Shown here: positions 24,407 to 36,904 of the stretch, piece by piece | Layout of the letters: each line of letters opens with the position of its first letter | Numbering within the stretch: position 1 is the stretch's first letter | Assembly (NCBI GenBank): GCA_021432655.1 | Contig: MU271253.1 | Location: forward strand, 1-64,000 | Origin: Atractiella rhizophila | Taxonomy: Eukaryota | DNA: 64,000 nt | Reading direction: 5' to 3' | Notes under the pieces: model-generated | The model's database searches: none | What the model was told of the DNA's origin: nothing | What the model saw: the letters and a program-made list of their open reading frames with translations, nothing else | Position numbers and translations under genes: made by a program

Positions 24407-25170
24407 GTTACTTCTATACCTTCCGCAAGGAGATTCTTAGACAATATTCACTGCAAACACGCGATTTGGAGCCACTTTACTCTAATCCATCGTTTTTATA
24501 TTCTGAAAGGCGGAGGTGGAGGTTTCTTCCGCAGTCGTTTCGGTTCCGCCGTTGTATCAAGAGTTGAAGGGTGTTTTGGGGTGCCTGCAAGGACAGAAAA
24601 GCAACAACAGATGTAGTATCGTCCGGCTCGGCTTGAACAAACGTGACTGGAATTGAGTACAGATCAAACTAAGCAGCCCCCACCGAGGTTGGGGACTTTG
24701 TTAGTATAGTGATAGGTAGACAACCACGACCTTCAGTAGTGACAGAAACCACACAGCTAGCACGTGAAATAGTTGCTGGAGGACGGAGTGTTTGCTCAGG
24801 CTTCTGACATCGCCAACATAACACATGACCACTGACTCGATAGTTTCAAAACTAGTCCAGTGTTGGTGTTAAGCAAGGCAAAATATTACGATGACAGAAG
24901 CCAGAACTGATAGGATAGCAAGTGTTCTGGTTGCTCGTTTGTAAATCACCAAGAAGGACATGCCAACAGCTCTGCCATCCCATGCTAACTGATGATACGC
25001 GTAACGCTATGAGCAGAAGGTGTTGCTGAGGAGCCAAGTGTGAGCGCGGCTTAGACATCAGCGCTCAGCCCAGGCCGCAGAGACAACTTTGTAAAAGTTA
25101 ATGTTCTTGTTCAATGTCTCGCCTTCTCAAGGGAGCCACCAACTTGGACGCATTAAACTGATGACACACC

Positions 25171-25590
25171 TGTTCTAACTCTGTAGGCAAGCCGGTATTC
25201 ACATTCGTATAATACTCCTATTAACCCTCCCATTCTATACCTAGCTACACGCTTCCATAGAATCCCATCCGATTCTGATGTAACAGGAGACTGTCACCTC
25301 TTAGGTTCCGTACTACGGGATAGCGCTTTCTGAGGGAGCTTAGTGTGCCGATGTAGGCTTTATATCAACTACAATGCTTCAGGATTGATATACTGATAGG
25401 ACATCATCGCGTCATCAGTTAGAATGGTGAGGTTAGGGTGTAGTGAGGGATTCGTAAGTGAAGGGATTCGTAAGTGAAAAGTATCGGTGCTGTCATCTGG
25501 TCTACGAGGGAGGAAGCACCCCGTTAGCTCCCCAATTACCTTTCAGAGCTTCGCTTCAGTTGTCCTCCCCATGAACACTTCCTCCCTTTA
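25171..25590 (-). mobile_element. Probable 3' LTR (25171-25577) of an LTR retrotransposon with adjacent polypurine tract
   Basis: On the minus strand, AAAGGGAGGAAG is directly followed by TGTTC, and a 407-nt segment ends in GAACA (5-bp inverted termini, TG..CA). Internal TATAAA-like signal near 25360 and a short internal tandem (agggattcgtaagtga x2). No second LTR was found. Confidence 0.5.
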
Positions 25591-25602
25591 TACGATATAT
25601 CT

Positions 25603-25794
25603 ATATCGCGTTGTTTTCTAGGTCTGACCTCCTGACTCCTAAACATGTTATGCCATATTTCGTATGGGTAGACTCCCAGCGTGATCTTGCGATACCCGAT
25701 ATCGCGTTGTTTTCTAGGTCTGACCTCCTGACTCCTAAACATGTTATGCCATATTTCGTATGGGTAGACTCCCAGCGTGATCTTGCGATACCCG
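25603..25794. repeat. Exact tandem duplication, 2 x 96 nt
   Basis: 25603-25698 is identical to 25699-25794. Confidence 0.95.
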
Positions 25795-26357
25795 CCAATT
25801 ATGGTATGATGCAGGTTCAACTGAGTTGGCTTACCGTACCAAAAGTTATCACTGTTCCTTAAGATGAAGGAAAGCGGCCTTCTTCCGTTACTTTCAGTCG
25901 TGCCCCCTTGAATAGGCTTTTCCTCAACCTTTCTGTTCTTTGATCAAGTTTTCGGGTTCTCGTATTATCAGGATCGTACATCATCGATATTCCATCCTTG
26001 AAGAACCGTAGAAAGCGCAGTTTTAAGAAGGGAGGGTTTACCACTGCATACCTCTCCGAGAGGAGATTCAATATTCCCGTCTGTTTTCACGGCCTTCAAG
26101 TACCGTTCTACGCCAGGGCATACACGCTAGCTAGATACATGAATTTGATGGATGCTATACTCTCTTATCCTGTCCCTGCATGTCCTTCCAGCTGCGCATG
26201 GCTGCGTGACATTGCTGCGCCGCATGCTAACTGCGCAGAGAGAAATATTGGTCAGGTCAGGCACACCACGCATTCTTCTTCTTATGAGCGTATAAGAGGG
26301 CGTCTATGGCAATGGTCGCTCAAGCGCGTCCGCAAAAAAGTGGTGGGAACATTTACC

Positions 26358-29300
26358 ATGCAAGAAGTGGATGCGTGGTGTACCCTCGCTTTGATGAATG
26401 GCGAGAGATGGCTCGATGAGCAGGGAAACATTGAGCAATGTCACTTAGCCAGGTAGGTGTTAACCCTTTTACTCTTTGATCTGAGCGTGTACTCACGATC
26501 GCACGCTTTGATGTTAGGTACATAACCGGCATCTTCCCACTAGCTAGCAGCCTAGTCTCCTTCTCCTTCATCGCCATCTACGTGGTGACCAGATCTGGAC
26601 GATCCAGCGCAGAATCAAGCTCGAAACATACCTCCTCAGTACGAAAGGTCCTCCGATCTTCTTTCATGTTTCTCGCCTTCGTTTCCGTTCTCGCAGAAGG
26701 ATTCATCCTCAACCGAATGCAGTCGCCAGGAGCCAGTTGGACATTTGTGCGCGCGGGAAGTGTCGCTTACCTCTTCACATTGACCATCTACACAAGCTCG
26801 AGCTCAATTTTAACATGGCATACGGTCCACCTGACACTCGCCCAGCTCGTCATCTCTCTCCTCAGCTTCCGCTATCTTCTGCTTCGAAAGGGCTTTTCGT
26901 CCACCTCTCTCTTTGCGACCACACTCGTTGACTTGTTATTCTTTGCACTCATGACAGCCGTGGAAGTCTACCCCCTTTTTCAGCATGCTACTTTCGCATC
27001 TTTCACGCCTTTCCTCTGGACCCATTTGAGGCGTTCTCCGGCGAATGAAGAGCTGCCCCAGCTTCCAGAGGAGCTGGAGACGGAATTGGTGTATGAGCAA
27101 TGGAAAATGGGTGTTGGGAGCAGAGAGGGAGGGCTGGGATCGAAGTTAGTCCGGTTCGTATGGAAGGAGTTATGGTATCAACAGGCATGTCCTTTCTTTC
27201 CACTCTGTCACAGCACATAATGACTGCACTGCGTTACGGGTACTTAGTATTGTGCCTACCTTCGCGTCCTCTCAATTCTCCTACCCCCACTTTTGCTCAA
27301 CAAGATATTGGTCTACATCTCCCCGCGCAACTCTCCTTCCGAGCACGACATCCCTCCACTCCACCTCCCACTCACCTACGCTGTCCTCATCTTCATCTCC
27401 CAGTTGTTCGCCACCGTTGCCCAGGGACAGATTCTGTACACGGCGAAGGAGATAGCCGTCAAAGTAAGGAGCGTGTGCAATACCGAGCTTTTCGTCAAAA
27501 ATTTGAGGATCTTTGACAGCCCAGCAGATGAGAGCGAGGAGAGAATCAATGTTGCAAACACTGTCGCGATGGACGTGGATAATATTTCTGCGGTTGCAGA
27601 ACAGATCCAGTGAGCTTCTTCTCCTGTACTCAGAATCGCCTGAACCTCTTCCTAGCCAAATTTGGCCCGAAGGCCTTCTCATTCTTTTGGTCTCCACCAC
27701 GATGCTCTGGCAGTTACTCGGGCCGTCAACACTCATGACGGTGCGTGTTCTTCTTAAATGGAAGCCAGAAGATGAAGTAGACACCGAAACAGCTCCTGGT
27801 CATCCTACTCCTCATCCCCTACGGCCGCCAGATCTCCGCCGTCTTCATCGCAAACCATGCACTTCTCCGTCAAGCGTCAGACAAACGATTAACCCTCTCC
27901 TCCTCCATCATCCATTCAATAAAGACGATCAAATATTTTTCGTGGGAGCGTCCCTTCTCTCTCCTCGTCAACGAAACTCGGCAGCAGGAGCTCTCATTCC
28001 TGTTCAAGCAAGCGATGCTGTTCTCGTTCGCTGGAGCCACGACTCTCTACACACCTGCTCTTATCACTCTCACTACGTTTGTAGTCCATACGAAGCTATT
28101 TAAGAAGGATCTTGATGCTCCGACTGCTTTTACAGCAGTCGCACTTTTTGCGATCGTTGCGGATGCAGTGACGAAGGTCATGTATCCTTGGGTCGCCCTG
28201 TCTCGAGGTCTCGTAGGCTTGCGCAGAGTTGAATCTTTTCTGAAAGAAGTGGAAGTCTATGGTTCGGCTCCAGCATCCGGATCGAGTTCTAGAATCCTGG
28301 AGGATGAAATTCGAGTTCGGGGACGTTTTAGCTGGGCAAAAGGAGGGCGGTTTGAGTTAGAGGTCGATGTTGGGATCCTAATTGGTGGTTTGAACGTCGT
28401 CCTTGGTCCGGTCGGCAGCGGGAAAACCATGTTCCTCGAGACGATTTTAGGCGAAACGCATTGCATCGATGGCGCTTTCCCCGTCCTCTCGACGAACAGA
28501 GCCATAGCATATGCTGGGCAACATCCCTTCCTGCTCAATACGACAATCAGGAACAACATCCTTTTTGGACTTCCTTTCCTCCTTGATCGGTACGAAGCAG
28601 TTGTCAAGGCATGTGCATTAGACGTGGACTTCAAAATACTCCAAGCTGGAGACGAAACAGAAGTGGGAGAGCGAGGTATGACTCTTTCCGGGGGCCAAAA
28701 AGCGCGTGTTGGGCTCGCGAGGGCGGTCTATTCAGACTCGAACCTCCTGCTGCTTGACGACGTTTTGAGTGCTGTCGACGGAAGGGTGGCTAGGTCAATC
28801 TTTGACGACGTCATCAGAGGGGATCTCTGCAGGAAGAGAACAGTGGTGCTTGTTACACAGGCGTTAGGAGTTCTGAGGGGGGATTGTGAACGCGCCATCG
28901 TCTTTGACAATGGCAAGATGAGCAAGTTTGGGAGCCCAGAGGATGTCATAACGGATTGGAACGCAACTGTGCAATTGGAAGAGGGATCGTTAAAAGGAGT
29001 GGCGGAAGGTCTTCCATCCGAACTTGTGGAAGATACGAAGCGCTCCAACGAGGAGAAGCACAAGCTGATCACAGAGGAGCAGAAAGCTGAAGGGGCTGTG
29101 TCATTTTCAAGCTACGCCATTTACATTCGAGCTATCGGGGGCGTATTCGTATGGAGCACCTTTTACGCTCTGATCGTCTGCGCTCAACTCTCCGATATCG
29201 CTCTCAACCTCGCTTTAAAGCAGTGGTCACAGTCTTACGATGGCCTTACCGACAAAAGCCCCGATTATTGGTTCTCGTGGTATTGCATCTTGGCCGCAAT

Positions 29301-31560
29301 TTGCTTTGTCCTGTACCTCGGGAGGATCACCTTCTTCCAATGGCGTTCAGTAGTTGCTGCCAGAAGGGTGTATCTGAAGATGATGAGCAGGATTATGGGA
29401 ACTTCGAGTACGTCTCCTCCGCCTGAGGCTGCAAGCTGAAGTAGTGCTTCCCGAACGTAGTGAAATTTTTTGAATCGACGTCAGTGCACAGATTTCGCGT
29501 CGCCCGCTACCTAATTCCCTAACATTTCTCCTTGCAGACCTGCTGGAAGAATTATCAATCGGCTTAGCCACGACATGGAAACCGTTGATCAAAATTTATC
29601 ATTGCGTATGTGTCTGTGAATTCAAACTTTATTGTGTTTAATCGGGATGCAGACTTCCTTTATGGGAACATCGAAGTCTGTGCCTTGGTATCCATCGTTA
29701 TAACTATCAGCGTCGTGCTCCCGCAGTTTTTCATAGTTGGAGCGATCATCTTTATCAGCTATGGAGTAACTGGATGGTTATATGTCTCCTCCTCTCGGGA
29801 AATAAACAGGTTGGGTGCGTTCTTTCCCACTTGCTCCAGACGACGATTGACCAAAGCTGCAGAGGCTATCTCTCGCTCTCCCGTTATGAGCATATTTACC
29901 GAAGCTTCGCACGGGAGGAGAACGATTCGTGCTTACGGTCAAACTCGACACTTTATGCGTAATCTCATGGAGCTTCAGCAAGAGACGAATAGGCCCGTAA
30001 GAGCTTGTTCCTCTCCCTGTAATATGTTTCATACTCAAGAACTATCCATGAAGTATTTAACCTCAGAGATCACGACGAGATGGCTCGCGTACAGAGTAGA
30101 TCTTATTGGCTGCTGCGTTGCACTCTCAACATCAGTGTTCGTATTGCTTCGAAAGGAAATGGGTGCCGCTCTAGCTGGATTTGTCCTCGCTTATTCAGTG
30201 CAGTTTGTGTGTAATTTCTCACACCGCGTGTGCTGTTCTGATCTAGAATGTAGACAGAGAAGGTTCTTAGGGTAGGTCTTATATTGTGTTTTGTGGAGAA
30301 ATCTCACCTTTTGGATTAAAAAGTTGATCAACTTCTATTCCACAATGGAAAACTACAGTAAGTGTTTTGAAATGCAGAACCTTGGTATTTACAACGCATT
30401 TAGTGAGCAACGTAGAGCGGATTTCAGAGTACAGTAACCTCGCATCAGAACCTCGCAATGGCAGGCTACCTCCCGCTTACTGGCCATCCCGGCCATCCCG
30501 CCTGGAGGTTGAAAATGTGACCGTCCGTTATGGTGAAAATCTACCTCCCGCCCTTGAAGGAGTTTCCTTCACAGTTCAGCCTGGCGTTCGTTTCTGATTT
30601 ATTGCTGCTTTGGTTGAGTTGACCGAGATGCAGGAACGGGTCGGAATTGTGGGACGAACCGGTAGGTTATTTCGTCGCCATTCAGTTGTAACTAACTTCT
30701 TGGTAGGTGCTGGGAAGAGTACTCTAATTGGGTGCTTCATGCGCTTTTTCGATTGGGAAGGGAGCGTGCGAGTTGATGGTTTGGAGCTTCAAGACGTGCA
30801 GATTGATGAGCTTCGACGAAGAGTCGCCGTCATACCTCAAGGTTCATACCTCCTTTATTCCAGAGCATCTTCCTGATATTTTCGTAGACTGTGATCTCTT
30901 CGTCGGCACTCTGAGGTTCAACCTCGATCCGTTCGGGGAGAAGCAAGACTCCGACTTGTGGGATGTACTAAACAGAGTTGGCCTGTCGAACGGTGGTTCA
31001 AGCGTGGGCACCCATAATGGAGAGCTTGGGATCGTGGACAGCCTTGAATTCGCTATTGAGGAGGGCGGAAAGAACTTGTCAGCTGGTGCGTATATCACCT
31101 TGCAACTTCTTCACTCTCATAATCCAGCTAGGCCAACGACAACTTGTCGCCCTCGCCCGTGGACTGCTCAAGCTACCTAGTTCACCTATTTTGATTATGG
31201 ACGAACCGAGCGCATCATTAGGTATGCGATCCGGTCTTGCCAGAATTCAATTTGAGAGGGTACTAGACGATCAAACGGATGGGAAAATACAGAAGATTAT
31301 TCGCGAAGAAGCTAGGAACACAACCGTGCTCTGCATCGCTCGTTCGTTCATTTTCTATTGGCAGCACCTTTCGCTGAACTAACCTGCAAGATCGACTCAA
31401 AACCGTCATTGATTACGATAAGATACTCTACCTCGAAAGTGGACGGGTCGTGGAGTACGATAATCCAGCCAAACTCCTGTTCGATCCTTCATCTCAATTT
31501 TATAGATTATGCGAAAAGTCAGGCGATTTACAGACACTTCAGATGTGGTTTAGGCATTAA
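26358..31560 (+). CDS. Full-length ABC transporter, ABCC/MRP subfamily
   Basis: NBD1: GPVGSGKT, EVGERGMTLSGGQKARVGLARA, LLLDDVLSAVD. NBD2: GIVGRTG|AGKST, EGGKNLSA|GQRQLVALARGL, ILIMDE, HRLKTVIDYDKI. Two TM domains and an N-terminal hydrophobic extension. Many introns; the start MQEVDAWC is inferred. Confidence 0.95.
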
Positions 31561-31790
31561 AAGATAGTCCATTTCAATTGCATTCCCGTTTGTCTGCATG
31601 TTGAGCGGCGTAAAGTCTTAGATGGTGTCGCTGTTAACAGTTACGATCCTTCCCAGCTTCCGCGTTAACCACTGAAGTGCCGTCCAGTTGCGACAAAGTA
31701 TGCTCACACCAAAGCGAGGTAGTCAACACGAAGTTCGCTTTATTCCCACAGACCACGGACGTTTAGGAGTTATATACAGTGACACAAAAA

Positions 31791-32455
31791 TTACGGTTGC
31801 TCCTCCTCTCTCTTCCTCTCTTCCAAGATCGCGAAGCTAAGAACAACCATAGCCAGATTTTCTAAGCTATGCGTGAGAGAGGAGTCGAAGACGTCAAGAT
31901 TCATGTGTTTGCTCCCAGAAGTAAGATAGTGCTTTCTATGGGACTCGACTAGGACCTGCCCACCCCGCTTCAACTAGCAAATCAGGATGTTAGTACTAAG
32001 TTCATGACACATAGAGGGACGAAAATATATGACAAACCTTCAAGCTTCCTGTGAATGCATTCTGTTTCCAGGTTGCTTGCGAACCATCAGGCAAGTGAAC
32101 CTTTGCTCCACTAAATGACCATACCATGGAGAGACAAATGGGTCATTATCTTCCAATGGAGACAGACAAGAAATCCTTACGTCCACGCAGATCCGTGTAA
32201 CACTTGCTTCAAGGGCACCTCCTGGCCATTACCAAACCTGATCATGCTCTTCTTCCAGGTTCCTAAATACACAGTTGCGAAAGCCTCCTCCTTCTTTCCA
32301 ATGCCGAGGCTGAAACCGCTCTTGTGCTGCATGACGCTCAGCATATATTGGGAAGAGCCGTATTTCGAAAGGCGGAAGAGAGGTTTGCCGCTGGAGCTGT
32401 CGAAGACGGTGGATTCGAGGGGACGGTTATCTTGGAAGGAAAGGTTCATGGTCAT
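31791..32455 (-). CDS. Small DUF6593/tubby-C-like protein (paralog A)
   Basis: Three exons: MTMNLSFQDNRPLESTVFDSSSGKPLF..., ...ATWKQNAFTGSLK|LKRGGQVLVESHRKHYLTS...LAMVVLSFAILEERKR. Clear paralog at 42629-43292. The family name is a pattern-based guess. Confidence 0.75.
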
Positions 32456-32582
32456 ATCGTTAGTTTTCGTTAATTTCATAAGTAGATGAATATTTTATTA
32501 AATCTCTTGCATCAGATGGGAGAAATGGGATCTCAGACACCAGTATTTGTACTGGAGAGCAGGGGTCGCTGATACGAAACTC

Positions 32583-32592
32583 ATGACATCAT
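32583..32592. promoter_or_regulatory. ATGACATCAT, CRE/ATF-like element upstream of paralog A
   Basis: Near-palindromic 10-mer 128 nt upstream of the ATG. The identical 10-mer lies upstream of paralog B. Confidence 0.45.
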
Positions 32593-33220
32593 CGATAACG
32601 AAAAGCGTTGTCTGGGATTGTACACCCCGCTTGAGCCTGGGCTACTGAGAGCCCGTTTTGATTGCTGCACCATGACGTGATGAAAAATTGAACGGCTTGC
32701 CCATTAGTAAAGAAGCCAAGCTTAGCAAAAAAGTGGTGTGAAGTGTACACCGCACACCAAGAGCAAACCCTCCTAGATCATCACCACAATATGACGTGCA
32801 CAGAGGAGCGGCGGGCGTTATCGTAGCGCCTGATTCGACTGCAAAGAGCCTATGCGAATCCCTTACTGCAGTCAGAGGTTGCAACCGAGGTTGCACAACA
32901 ACGGAACAGAAAAGGATTTTCCGCCCGCTGATATTTTTCAGACGCTCATCTCACCTGGTTCACACTAACACCGACCTGAGCAGTTTCCAGTTGAGATGCG
33001 AGGAGTAACAGCAGGTGAAGGATCGGATATTCTGTTGTATGATATGTACCACGCAGAGGATGGGTCGTGTCATAGAGGGCAGGAGCTGAGTAATTTTGTA
33101 CCTCAGTATTTGAGCTTGTTTCTGTTTGATTGACCCGCTAGTCTTGCCACATTATTTATATGCTCATGAGGCTTGACTCAACTCAATGAGACCTTCATGT
33201 TTCTTCTAGCCAGTTACTTC

Positions 33221-33423
33221 AAGTGTTACGTTTTGGAAATCATAGCAAACTCCGGCAACTCCACAGCTTTGCCGACTGTGAACTTGCGTAGCTTTCTGTA
33301 GCATCATTGTGAGACAGCAAGAAAGTGTTACGTTTTGGAAATCATAGCAAACTCCGGCAACTCCACAGCTTTGCCGACTGTGAACTTGCGTAGCTTTCTG
33401 TAGCATCATTGTGAGACAGCAAG
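33221..33423. repeat. Exact tandem duplication, 2 x 101 nt (period 102)
   Basis: 33221-33321 is identical to 33323-33423. Confidence 0.95.
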
Positions 33424-33759
33424 TTGCTCAGACACACTAGCTGCAGGAAGCAGGAACGCATCTTTGTCCTTCTCTGGATTGGAACAATGGAAATATGAAA
33501 AAGCATGGGGAGTTTAACAATCTGCCTTCCCTTCAATTCGTTTCTAGCGCGTCGCTTCTGTTCGTGTGCGATCAAGAGGGTAACATGGTGGATCGTGATG
33601 GCTGTGGGAATAGCTGGGCATCAAGGTCAATTTAGAACGCAGCGGACAGCTTGTTCCTCATAAGGAAGGTACTTGTATGATCCTATGCATATAAGGGGTG
33701 AAGTTGAGCGACTGTTGTAGCCTTGGTGGATATATTTTCAACTTGCTCAAGTTTTCATC

Positions 33760-36602
33760 ATGCTGTGGACAACGGAGTGCGACTCTCAGTAACCTCCTAT
33801 TCAACGCAAGCTGACAGAATAACAGTTACGGGTTACGGAGGGAACGTTTTGAGCGCGCTTTAAGCTTCTCCAAGAGCCCTTTCGAGACGGAAAAGGCAGA
33901 AATCCTGTCAGACTTCACGTGTGTTCCCTTTTTCCTCGCAAGTGGGAGAAGTTCAATACCCCTGTAGTGGAGTAAAAAGACATGATAGGTCCAGGGGTTT
34001 ATCCTCAGGAGAAGCTAGCAGCCACCCATCGAAGAACGGAGACTCAGACAGCATCGAGGAGGAGGAAATTTATACCGACGAGCCATGGCTCGGTACGCCC
34101 AGTTGAACCATTTCAGGCTGTCACTCATGATCCAACGTCTAGATGCTCTCACGGATCTGTTCTTTGTCTCTGCCCTTTCAACATTTAACGATTCTGATTC
34201 GCAAGAGTTGAGCACGACATCCGACCTTGCAAATTATTCAGGTAAACCGTAAACCTTGATTTGGACTGATGATCGTTAAATATCCCTGACAACCATAGGC
34301 TACTTTCTGACGATCTGGTGGATTTGGAATTCCCAAATTCTTTACGACATCAAGTACCAAACGTCCGACATCCTCTGTCGAATTGTCAAGGTCTACCAGG
34401 TTTGCCATTCGCTCACTTTTGCGTTCACCACTTCCCTGATTTATCATCCAGCTGGTCCTCTTCGCAACATTGGGATCTTACGCGGCAAACGTCGACTTAA
34501 CGTTCCCCTTGTCCTCAGTTCGTGTACAGCGCCCTTTTTTCATCTTATTGACGCAACAATAGGACGTAAGCCCTCAAGACATTGCAGCGTCCGGTTGGGA
34601 GACATTGCAAGAAGCACAAGTGGAAGTAGAGGGGAAGAATGCCGACACCAAAGCTGCTCTTCAAGCTCTGGCCATGGTGTACATCGTCTCACGGGCCGTG
34701 CTGATCCTCCAGTACCTCCGTTGTAGGCTCATCCTCTCCACATTAAGTGATCACTGAGTTGAATTCTAGTGCAATTTTATGTTCGCAAGGCTGCACCACA
34801 CATCCAAAAAGCAGTATATCTCCCAGTCATCTCATCCACAATTTCTCTCATCTGTTGGGTCATCGGCTATGTCTTCTTGACGGTATCCCCTGAAAGCAAG
34901 AGTCTCGCCATTGGGCGGCTGGTGTTATGGTTTGGAGGCATCGGTATTGAACTCGCGTTCGAGGTGGCGGCCACGCAAATTCGAGGCTATGTTCGATTTG
35001 GACACACAGGATTAGGAGAGCGAGTTGGCCTTTTTACCTTGATCATTCTTGGTGTGTTTGATTTTTTTAAATTGGTACCTTCTAGTGACGTTGAAGTATC
35101 TGTCCACGCAGGGGAGTCAGTCATCTCTCTCGTTGGCGTCGCCCAGCTAGTGGTCGGTGGTGGAGGCTATACAGCTTCTTCCTTCATTCAGGCAAGTGAA
35201 ACGCTTCAGTTGAATAGCTTAGCGCCTTAATTTCAAGAAAATAGCTTTTATGTTCCTTTCTCATCGTATACTGTGTCTGGTGCGTGAGCTTGTTGGTCCA
35301 AGGTAAACAGAAAGGGTTGACCTGGCAGCGACGTTATAGGGCAATCTACTTCGATGGTTTCGGACGTAAAATCCAGACAGGCCGTCTGCGAACGATATGG
35401 TGGGTGTATGTGCATTATTTTATACAAATTTCTATCGTTTTTGTGTAAGCTTCTGGCATCAACGGACGATATGACTAATGGAGACTTCAGCTTCAGCGCT
35501 ATCCAGAGCTCTCTGAATGCGAAGGTACGCTACCCCGGCACTGCTAGATTAGATCATCCACCAGCTGAAAGGCTAAAATTGAACATTAGAACGTATCCGA
35601 CCTTTTGACTAGCCTAGAAGGCAAAATCCTCACTCAAGCGAACATTTATATCACGGATCCCCAATCTTTTGATTTGAATAACGCGGATAATGAAGATATC
35701 ACTCAACAGCTTGGGGACTACAAGTACAGTTGGTACGTTGCTTACAGGTGACTAACATTCGTCTCCCTAACCGCGTTCGGAACAGGACATCCGAGGTTAA
35801 TCTTTACTGTCTCTCTAGCTGCGAGCCTCTCATTGCTTTCACAGCTCGCGAGCTGGAACACAACTTTTTACGACACTCTCGCCGCCACTGGAGACAATAA
35901 TACTGCACTCAATGCTCTTCACAGTGAGATTTATCGATCGCTCCTCGCGATCATTGTGTCTGCGTTCGAAGCGTTTAAAGTGAACTTGGACGATGACCTG
36001 CTATACAAGGAACGAAGTATCATCAACAATATCCAAAATCTCGATCAGGGTAAGCTAACATTGGTCTTTCGTAGACAAAGAGGTTGATGGGCTTGATCAG
36101 GTACTGTGTCCCAGTTCCTGCTGGAAGTCCTGACCCGAAGTGCCAAACCGAGTCTCTTCCTCCTTCCTGTTGCCGGTGGCTTCTTGCTTTCGGTTGCCGT
36201 GATGCGATTAAACACTCGACTTCCGAGCGACGTTTGGGGATGGATTTCAATGGGGATAATCACTTTTGTTGGAACTGTGTTGTTGTTCTTCGCCCTGTTT
36301 AACGTCGGTAACCAGCAAGTCAGCCTTGACATTGGGAAGATACTTATCCCGTACCGTCTTCTTAATTCTAACTGGCTAAGTATGTGGTCCATCATGATAC
36401 TTTAGAGACAAGTCTGACACATATGCTAGTTCCTCTGGTCTTGATCATCTATGGCATGGTCGTGGTGGCCGAGCAGATCCTGCTCATTTTTGTTAAGAGG
36501 CGATATCGAAAGGCAGACTTAGACGAACGAGGGACGACGAACAGTCACGGAAACGATAATCAGGATGAAATGGGAACGCAAGGAGAATATCACTTACCTT
36601 AA
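33760..36602 (+). CDS. LtrA (low temperature requirement A)-family multipass membrane protein, paralog 1
   Basis: Spliced EPWL|DALTDLFFVSALS near the N-terminus and the family motif LGERVGLFTLIILG|ESVISL. Many TM helices and more than 12 short introns. The start MLWTTEC is inferred. Confidence 0.85.
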
Positions 36603-36904
36603 ATTCAAAATCTCACTGTTTTGACCTATCCATGGGGATACGAGTAACATTGCCAGTGAAGGAATTATCAGCACCCACCTCAAAGGTTCGAACGTTGTTT
36701 AATACCCTTACGCAGATGCTTCAATGGTCAAGTGATTCGCTTAAGTGTCTGAAACAGCGTTCAAGTTTTCACTCGTTGTGGCCACTCCAAAGGTCCACAT
36801 ATAGCAGGGAAATTATGTCGGCAACGCTCTGTTGTGCAGAGTAGTGAGCAGAGTACGGACTGCACAAGAGGCCCTTGTCTCTTGAGACAAGATCTACCAT
36901 TTCA

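Noticed and set aside
25603..33423. Short direct repeats as a CRISPR-like array
   Set aside because: Only two adjacent copies each, no spacers, eukaryotic context.
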